A DNA stretch of 64,000 nucleotides from contig CBDETY010000003.1 of the NCBI GenBank assembly GCA_965243025.1, positions 5,856,001 to 5,920,000 on the forward strand, read 5' to 3'. Under the pieces are notes generated by a model. That model ran no database searches. It was not told the DNA's origin and saw nothing but the letters and a program-made list of their open reading frames with translations. Each line of letters begins with the position of its first letter. Within the stretch, counting starts at the first letter, position 1. Source of the stretch: Candidatus Latescibacterota bacterium (GTDB lineage Bacteria > Latescibacterota > UBA2968 > UBA8231). Shown piece after piece: positions 49,217-56,011 of the stretch. Both the position numbers and the translations under genes were made by a program.

Positions 49217-50722
49217 ATGAAGAATACCGGGTGGAAATACGGAATCGCCGTCCTCCTGTCGCTGGCCGCCGGGCTCGGGGTTGGCCTCTGGCTGGGGGGC
49301 GCATTCGAAATGCAGGGGCTCGCCCACCATGAGGAAGCCTCGGTGTACCGCTGTCCCATGCATCCGACCGTCGTCTCCGACGGTCAGAGAAGCTGCCCGA
49401 TCTGCGGCATGGACCTCGTGGCCGACGAGCCTGCCGGGGGGGTCGGCGGCGGACACGCCCACCACGAGGAGGCCGTGCACCGCTGTCCCATGCACCCGAC
49501 CGTGGTCTCCGAGGGTCCGGGAAGCTGCCCGGTCTGCGGCATGGACCTGGTGGCCGACGAGCCGGCCGCAGGCGCATCCGGCGGTGAACGCGCCGTCGCC
49601 TACTGGCGGGCGCCGATGGACCCGTCGTACACCTCCCCGGAGCCGGGGAAGTCGCCGATGGGCATGGACCTGGTGCCGGTGTACGAGGACGAGCTCGAGG
49701 CCGAGGGCACGGTGACCATCGATCCGGCGACGGTGCAGAACATCGGGGTGAAAACAGCGGTGATTGAGCGCCGGCGCCTGCACCGCACCCTGCGCACCGT
49801 CGGCCGGGTCGACTACGACGAGACGCGCATGACCGACGTCAACACCAAGATCGCCGGCTGGGTGGAGAAGCTGTTCGTCGACTACACCGGGCGGATGGTC
49901 GAGAAGGGGGAGCCGCTGCTGCAGATCTACAGCCCGGAGCTGGTGGCGGCCCAGGAGGAGTTCCTGACCGCCGTCGACTACAGCGAGCGCCTGCGCGCCG
50001 GCGCCGACAGCGACGCCCTGGCCGGGGCGCGCGACCTGCTGTCGGCGTCGCTGCAGCGGCTGCGCTACTGGGACATCAGCGACCGCCAGATCGACGAGCT
50101 GCGGGAGACCGGGTCGGTGCGGCGCACCATGACCGTGCACTCGCCGCAGCAGGGGACCGTGGTCCACAAGGCGGTGTTCGACGGCCAGCACATCGCCCGC
50201 GGGCAGCACCTCTACCGCATCGCCGAGCTGTCGCAGGTCTGGGTGTACGCCGACATCTACGAGTACGAGCTGCCGTGGGTGCGGGAGGGGCAGGAGGCCG
50301 CCGTCGAGCTCTCCTACCTGCCGGGGAAGACCTTCACCGGCAAGGTCACCTACGTCTACCCCTTCCTCGAGGCGAAGACGCGCACCGTGAAGGTGCGCAT
50401 GGCCTTCCCCAACCCCGGACTCGAGCTCAAGCCGGAGATGTACGCCAACGTCACCATCCGCTCGCCGCTGCCGGCCGAGAGCGTCGTCGCGGTTCCGGTG
50501 CAGGCGGTGATCCACTCCGGGCCGCGCCGCATCGCCGTCGTCAGCCTCGGCGAGGGCCGCTTCCAGCCGCGCGAGATCCGCGTCGGGGCCGAGGCGGAAG
50601 GCTTCTACGAGGTGCTCGACGGCCTCCGGGAAGGGGAGCGGATCGTCACCTCGGCGCAGTTCCTGATCGACTCCGAGAGCAACCTCAAGGCCGCGGTCCG
50701 GTCCATGCGGGAAGGTGCGTGA
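49217..50722 (+). CDS. cusB: CusB-type Cu/Ag efflux periplasmic adaptor with N-terminal heavy-metal-binding domains
   Basis: Two CPMHP...CPxCGMDLV units plus APMDP...SPMGMDLVP; IYSPELVAAQEE, LKPEMYA, QFLIDSES. Confidence 0.9.
   Translation: MKNTGWKYGIAVLLSLAAGLGVGLWLGGAFEMQGLAHHEEASVYRCPMHPTVVSDGQRSCPICGMDLVADEPAGGVGGGHAHHEEAVHRCPMHPTVVSEGPGSCPVCGMDLVADEPAAGASGGERAVAYWRAPMDPSYTSPEPGKSPMGMDLVPVYEDELEAEGTVTIDPATVQNIGVKTAVIERRRLHRTLRTVGRVDYDETRMTDVNTKIAGWVEKLFVDYTGRMVEKGEPLLQIYSPELVAAQEEFLTAVDYSERLRAGADSDALAGARDLLSASLQRLRYWDISDRQIDELRETGSVRRTMTVHSPQQGTVVHKAVFDGQHIARGQHLYRIAELSQVWVYADIYEYELPWVREGQEAAVELSYLPGKTFTGKVTYVYPFLEAKTRTVKVRMAFPNPGLELKPEMYANVTIRSPLPAESVVAVPVQAVIHSGPRRIAVVSLGEGRFQPREIRVGAEAEGFYEVLDGLREGERIVTSAQFLIDSESNLKAAVRSMREGA
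49321..49567 (+). repeat. intragenic tandem duplication of a heavy-metal-binding domain
   Basis: AHHEEASVYRCPMHPTVVSDGQRSCPICGMDLVADEPA vs AHHEEAVHRCPMHPTVVSEGPGSCPVCGMDLVADEPA. Confidence 0.9.
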
Positions 50723-53700
50723 TGATCGGCCGCATAATCGAAGCCTGCGTCGGCAACAAGCTGCTGACCCTGCTGCTGGCCCTGCTGGCCGCCGGCGCCG
50801 GCTTCCTCGCCATGTCCGACACCCCGCTCGACGCCATCCCCGACCTGTCGGACGTGCAGGTGATCGTCTACACCGAGTACCCGGGACAGGCCCCGCAGGT
50901 GGTCGAGGACCAGGTGACCTTTCCGCTGAGCACGGCGATGCTCGCGGTGCCGTTCGCAAAGGCGGTGAGGGGGTACTCCTTCTTCGGGCTCTCCTTCGTC
51001 TACGTCATCTTCGAGGACGGCACCGACATCTACTGGGCGCGCAGCCGCGTGCTGGAGTACCTGAACTTCGCCGGCGACCGCCTGCCGGAAGGGGTGCTTC
51101 CCAGGCTCGGTCCGGACGCCACCGGGGTCGGCTGGGTGTACGAGTACGCCCTGGTCGACACCAGCGGCCGCCTCGACCTCGCCGAGCTGCGCTCGATCCA
51201 GGACTGGTACCTGCGCTACGAGCTGACCAGCGTGCCGGGGGTCGCCGAGGTCGCCAGCATCGGCGGCTTCGTCAAGCAGTACCAGGTGACCGTCGACCCC
51301 AACAAGCTGCTGGCCTACGGGATCCCCCTGCAGCATGTCCGGACCGCCATCCAGCGCAGCAACCGCGACGTCGGCGGCCGCCTCATCGAGCTGGCCGAGA
51401 CCGAGTTCATGGTGCGCGGCCTCGGGTACATCCGGTCGCTGGAGGACATCGGCAACGTGCCGGTGAGCGCCGGCCGCTCGGGGACGCCGGTGCGGGTGCG
51501 CGACGTCGCCACCGTGCAGGTGGGGCCGGAGCTGCGCCGCGGCCTGGCGGAGTGGAACGGCGAAGGGGAGGTCGCCGGCGGCATCGTGGTGATGCGCTAC
51601 GGCGAGAACGCCCTGAAGGTGATCGACGCCGTCAAGGAGAGACTCGGAGAGCTCGAGGCCGGCCTGCCGGAAGGGGTGGTGGTGGAGACCGCCTACGACC
51701 GCTCCGGCCTCATCCGCCGCGCCGTCGGCCACCTGCAGGAGAAGCTGATCGAGGAGTGCCTCGTGGTCGCCGCGGTATGCGGGCTCTTTCTCCTCCATTT
51801 CCGCAGCGCCTTCGCCGCCGTCGTCACCCTGCCCCTGGGCATCCTGATCTCCTTCATCGTCATGTGGGGCCAGGGGATCAACGCCAACATCATGTCGCTC
51901 GGGGGGATCGCCATCGCCGTCGGCGCCATGGTCGACGCCGGCATCGTGCAGATCGAGAACGCCCACCGGCACCTCGCGCGGGACCGGGGCCGCAAGGGGC
52001 ACTGGGAGATCATCGCCGCCTCTTCGAGGGAGGTGGGGCCGGCCCTGTTCTTCTCGCTGCTGATCGTCACCCTCTCCTTCCTGCCGGTTTTCACCCTGGA
52101 GGCGCAGGAGGGGCGGCTGTTCAAGCCGCTGGCCTACACCAAGACCTACGCCATGGCCGCCGCCGCCATCCTGTCGATCACGGTGGTGCCGGTGCTGATC
52201 GGCTTCTGCCTGCGCGGCCGCGTCGTCGACGCCGACCGCAACCCCCTCAACCGCCTGCTGACCCGGGGGTACGCGCCGGTCCTCGGCTGGCTGCTGCGCC
52301 ACAAGGCCGCGGTGCTCGCCGCGGCCGCGGCGGTGATGTTCGTGTCGCTGTTTCCCTTCCGCAGCGCCGTGGTCGAGCGCTTCGCCGAGCGGCCGCAAAG
52401 TCTGGCGCACCAGGCCTTGTCACGCCTGCAGCGGCTGTTTCCCCTCGAGATGATCGGGTCGGAGTTCATGCCGCCGCTGTACGAGGGGGACCTGCTCTAC
52501 ATGCCGACGACCCTGCCGGGGGTGTCGGTGACCAAGGCGCGGGAGCTGCTGCAGCAGACCGACCGCATCATCGGCACCTTCCCGGAGGTCGAGAACGTCT
52601 TCGGAAAGATCGGCCGCGCCGAGACCGCCACCGACCCGGCGCCGCTGTCGATGATCGAGACCACCATCACCCTGCGGCCGCAGGAGGAGTGGCGGCCGGG
52701 GATGACCCCCGAGAAGCTGGTCGAGGAGCTCGACGCCGCGGTCCGCTTCCCCGGCCTCACCAACTCCTGGACCATGCCGATCAAGACGCGCATCGACATG
52801 CTCTCCACCGGCATCAAGACCCCCGTCGGCATCAAGGTCGCAGGGGACGACCTCGAGACGCTCGAGGAGGTCGGGCGGCGCATCGAGCAGGTTGTGCGGG
52901 AGCTTCCAGGCACGGCCAGCGTCTACGCCGAGCGGGTGGCCGGCGGCAACTACCTCGACTTCGAGATCGACCGCGAGGAGGCGGCGCGCTACGGCCTGAC
53001 GGTCGGCGACGTGCAGGAGGTGATCCTGTCGGCGATGGGGGGCGTCAACGTCACCTACACGGTCGAGGGGCGCGAGCGCTACCCCGTCAACCTGCGCTAC
53101 GGGCGGGAGCTGCGCGACAACCTGCCGGCCCTGAGGCGGGTCCTGGTGGCCACCCCCGCCGGGGCGCAGATCCCCATCGGGCAGGTCGCCGACCTGCGCA
53201 TCCGCAAGGGGCCGCCCGGCATCAAGAGCGAGAACGCGCGCCTCAACGCCTGGGTCTACGTCGACATCCGCGACGTCGACGTCGGCAGCTACGTCGAGCG
53301 CGCCAGGAAGATCGTCGGCGAGGAGGTCGACCTGCCGGCGGGGTACAGCCTGGTCTGGAGCGGCCAGTACGAATACATGGAAAGGGCCCGGCAGCGGCTG
53401 ACTCTCGTCGTTCCACTGACGCTTGCCGTAATCTTCCTGCTCCTGTATCTCCATTTCCGCAGAGTCGCCGAGTGCCTGATGGTCATGCTGACGCTCCCGT
53501 TCGCCCTCGTCGGGGGGATCTGGCTCATCTACCTGCTCGGCTACAACATGAGCGTCGCCGTCGGCGTCGGGTTCATCGCGCTGGCCGGGGTCAGCGCCGA
53601 GCTCGGGGTGGTCATGCTCACCTACCTCGACCAGGAGCTCGACAGCAGGCGCAGGGAGGGCCGGCTCGAAACCGCCGGAGATCTCGCCGCGGCCGTCGTC

Positions 53701-53967
53701 GAGGGGGCTTCGAGACGGGTGCGGCCGGTATTCATGACCGTGGGCTCGACGGTCGGCGGCCTGCTGCCGATCATGTGGGCCACGGGAACCGGGTCCCAGG
53801 TGATGAAGCGGATAGCCGCCCCGATGGTAGGGGGGCTGGCGACCGCCACCCTGCTGGCGCTGCTGGTGCTGCCGGCCGTTTACACGTTATGGCGCGGGTG
53901 GGAACTGCGCCGCCGCGCGAAACCGGAAACAGATACCCACACTCACAAGGAAGGAGTGAAAGCATGA
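50722..53967 (+). CDS. cusA: CusA/CzcA-family heavy-metal RND efflux pump (CusA/SilA type)
   Basis: TPLDAIPDLSDVQV, LGPDATGVGW, GSEFMP, DPAPLSMIET, WTMPIKTRIDMLSTG, MKRIAAPMVGG. Confidence 0.95.
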   Translation: MIGRIIEACVGNKLLTLLLALLAAGAGFLAMSDTPLDAIPDLSDVQVIVYTEYPGQAPQVVEDQVTFPLSTAMLAVPFAKAVRGYSFFGLSFVYVIFEDGTDIYWARSRVLEYLNFAGDRLPEGVLPRLGPDATGVGWVYEYALVDTSGRLDLAELRSIQDWYLRYELTSVPGVAEVASIGGFVKQYQVTVDPNKLLAYGIPLQHVRTAIQRSNRDVGGRLIELAETEFMVRGLGYIRSLEDIGNVPVSAGRSGTPVRVRDVATVQVGPELRRGLAEWNGEGEVAGGIVVMRYGENALKVIDAVKERLGELEAGLPEGVVVETAYDRSGLIRRAVGHLQEKLIEECLVVAAVCGLFLLHFRSAFAAVVTLPLGILISFIVMWGQGINANIMSLGGIAIAVGAMVDAGIVQIENAHRHLARDRGRKGHWEIIAASSREVGPALFFSLLIVTLSFLPVFTLEAQEGRLFKPLAYTKTYAMAAAAILSITVVPVLIGFCLRGRVVDADRNPLNRLLTRGYAPVLGWLLRHKAAVLAAAAAVMFVSLFPFRSAVVERFAERPQSLAHQALSRLQRLFPLEMIGSEFMPPLYEGDLLYMPTTLPGVSVTKARELLQQTDRIIGTFPEVENVFGKIGRAETATDPAPLSMIETTITLRPQEEWRPGMTPEKLVEELDAAVRFPGLTNSWTMPIKTRIDMLSTGIKTPVGIKVAGDDLETLEEVGRRIEQVVRELPGTASVYAERVAGGNYLDFEIDREEAARYGLTVGDVQEVILSAMGGVNVTYTVEGRERYPVNLRYGRELRDNLPALRRVLVATPAGAQIPIGQVADLRIRKGPPGIKSENARLNAWVYVDIRDVDVGSYVERARKIVGEEVDLPAGYSLVWSGQYEYMERARQRLTLVVPLTLAVIFLLLYLHFRRVAECLMVMLTLPFALVGGIWLIYLLGYNMSVAVGVGFIALAGVSAELGVVMLTYLDQELDSRRREGRLETAGDLAAAVVEGASRRVRPVFMTVGSTVGGLLPIMWATGTGSQVMKRIAAPMVGGLATATLLALLVLPAVYTLWRGWELRRRAKPETDTHTHKEGVKA

Positions 53968-54428
53968 AACGCTTTCGATTCGCCGCCGTACTGGCCATCG
54001 CCATGCCGGCCGCAGCCGCCGGCAGCCAGTGCTCGGTGCACGAGGACAAGGCCTCCGTCCCGAAGGCGGGGGCGGCCGAGGCCGCCGTCGCCGATACCGC
54101 CTCCATGCAGGGAGAGATCGTCGACATCGCCTGCTATTTCCGCCACGATTCCAAGGGCGAGGAGCACACCAGCTGCGCCGTCTACTGCGCCAACCTCGGG
54201 ATGCCGATGGCCTTCCTCGAGGAGGGGACGGGGAACCTCTTCGTGGTGCTGCCCTCCGGGCACGCGGACCCGAAGGAAGCGGTGCTGCCGCACCTCGGAA
54301 AGAAGGTCGACGTAGAAGGGGTTCTGATGGCTTCCGGGGGCCTGACCGGAATCGAGATCATCGGGATTCGACCTGCCGGAGCCGGCCCTGCTTCGCCACA
54401 GAAAAAGGAGGGGCACAGTGAGCACTAA
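53964..54428 (+). CDS. secreted Cys/His-containing hypothetical protein
   Basis: ATGA overlap with cusA and AAGGAG RBS; signal peptide; GEIVDIACY...HTSCAVYC...GMPM. Confidence 0.8.
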   Translation: MKRFRFAAVLAIAMPAAAAGSQCSVHEDKASVPKAGAAEAAVADTASMQGEIVDIACYFRHDSKGEEHTSCAVYCANLGMPMAFLEEGTGNLFVVLPSGHADPKEAVLPHLGKKVDVEGVLMASGGLTGIEIIGIRPAGAGPASPQKKEGHSEH

Positions 54429-54753
54429 ACGGATAGTGGTCCTCGCGGCCGCCGCCGCGGCTGTTCTTCTCGCCGGGGGCGGCTACCTCCTGCAGGAGCA
54501 AAGCCAGCCGCCGGAGCTGCCGCCCGACGGACTCGCCCTCTACCGGACGCTGCTCGAGGAGATCCCCGAGGTGGTGAGCCAGGTGCCGTGCGCCTGTTGC
54601 AAACAGACCCTGTCCTGGTGTTACCAGGGAGGCTGTCCCCCCACCTGACGGCAGTGCAACGAAGAGGGCCGTGACGCCTTCAAGTGGCACCACGAAGGAA
54701 AGGACATCGAGGAGATCAAGGAGCTGATCCTGGCGAAGTACTTCGACCAGTAG
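54418..54753 (+). CDS. PCYCGC-family membrane-anchored protein, probable selenoprotein (Sec at TGA 54646-54648)
   Basis: GTG after AAGGAGG; N-terminal TM; PCACC; the frame continues past TGA as U-R-Q-C-NEEGRDAFKWHHEGKDIEEIKELILAKYFDQ to TAG 54751-54753. Confidence 0.8.
54654..54690 (+). promoter_or_regulatory. bacterial SECIS-like stem-loop
   Basis: Upper stem GAGGGC/GCCUUC with loop CGUGAC starting 21 nt after the UGA; lower stem GUGC/GCAC. Confidence 0.65.
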
Positions 54754-54795
54754 TTACCAGGTCGGTTCAAAAAAATCCGTAAATTCAGATTTGTA

Positions 54796-54827
54796 AACTG
54801 ACCGAATTAACGTAAATTCAGTCAGTT
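54796..54827. promoter_or_regulatory. inverted-repeat operator candidate
   Basis: AACTGACCGAATT-6 nt-AATTCAGTCAGTT (12/13 match) immediately before the ATG at 54830. Confidence 0.6.
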
Positions 54828-54829
54828 AC

Positions 54830-55981
54830 ATGGCTGAAATTTACATACCTCAGGCACAACTTACTCGGCTCGAGCGTTCGGTCGCGCCGGGAAAGGTCGT
54901 CGTGGTGTACGGTCCGAGGAGGGTCGGGAAGACCACCTTGATCCGGCGCTACGTCCAGCAGCACGACCGGGAGGCCCTCGTGGTGACAGGCGAGGACATC
55001 GCCGTGCGCGAGTACCTGGAAAGCCAGTCCCTTGACAGGCTCAGGGCTTTCGTCGGCGGGCGGCGGACGCTGATCGTGGACGAAGCCCAGTACGTGCGCC
55101 AGATCGGCCTGAACCTCAAGCTGCTTGCCGATCACGTCGAAGGCCTCCGCATAATCGCAACGGGCTCCTCTTCCTTCGATCTCGCCCGACAGACCGGCGA
55201 ACCCCTGACGGGGCGCAAGTACACGCTGCTGCTCCTGCCCCTCGCCCAGTTGGAGCTCCGGGAAGTAGAAGGAGCCCATGAAACGAAGGCGCGGCTGGAA
55301 ATGCGGCTGATCTACGGGTCCTACCCGGAGGTCGTCCTCATGGAAGCGAACGAAGACCGCGAGCTCTACATCCGTGAGCTGGTCGCTTCCTATCTGTTCA
55401 AGGACATCCTGCAGCTGGAGGGGGTCCGGCACACCGACAAGCTGCTGCGCCTGCTGCAGCTGCTGGCTTTCCAGATCGGCCGCGAGGTTTCAGTGTCGGA
55501 ACTGGGGACTCAGCTCGGCATGAACAAGAACACGGTGGACCGCTATCTCGGCCTGCTGGAGAAAGCCTACGTCATCTACAGCCGGGGCGGATTCAGCCGC
55601 AATCTCCGCAAGGAGATCATCAAGAGCCGGCGCTACTACTTCTACGACAACGGGATCAGGAACGGACTGATCGGCAACTTCAACCCGCTGTCTCTGCGGG
55701 ACGACACCGGCGCCCTGTGGGAGAACTACATCATGGTCGAGCGGCTGAAGTACAACCTTTACACCGGGCGCCTGGCCGAGAGCCGTTTCTGGCGCACTTA
55801 CGACCAGCAGGAAATCGACCTGGTTGAGGAGTGGGGCGGGCGACTGTACGCGGCCGAGATGAAGTGGTCGGCCAAACCTGTTCGAGCCGTGCGTGCCCCC
55901 GGCGCCTGGCGGCAGGCATATCCGGGCAGCTCGTTCGAGGTGGTTCACCCCGGGAATTACCTCGATTTCATAACAGGCTGA
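54830..55981 (+). CDS. AAA+ ATPase (AAA_14 + DUF4143 type)
   Basis: YGPRRVGKTTL, IVDEAQ, ATGSSS, YFYDNGIRN, WENY, QEIDLVE...AAEMKW. Confidence 0.9.
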   Translation: MAEIYIPQAQLTRLERSVAPGKVVVVYGPRRVGKTTLIRRYVQQHDREALVVTGEDIAVREYLESQSLDRLRAFVGGRRTLIVDEAQYVRQIGLNLKLLADHVEGLRIIATGSSSFDLARQTGEPLTGRKYTLLLLPLAQLELREVEGAHETKARLEMRLIYGSYPEVVLMEANEDRELYIRELVASYLFKDILQLEGVRHTDKLLRLLQLLAFQIGREVSVSELGTQLGMNKNTVDRYLGLLEKAYVIYSRGGFSRNLRKEIIKSRRYYFYDNGIRNGLIGNFNPLSLRDDTGALWENYIMVERLKYNLYTGRLAESRFWRTYDQQEIDLVEEWGGRLYAAEMKWSAKPVRAVRAPGAWRQAYPGSSFEVVHPGNYLDFITG

Positions 55982-56011
55982 GGCGGCGCGAAGGAGCCGA
56001 AGACCTGGGGG

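Noticed and set aside
54418-54648. 76-aa ORF as given in the ORF track
   Set aside because: The family-like sequence continues in frame past the TGA and a SECIS-like hairpin follows, so it was extended to 54753.
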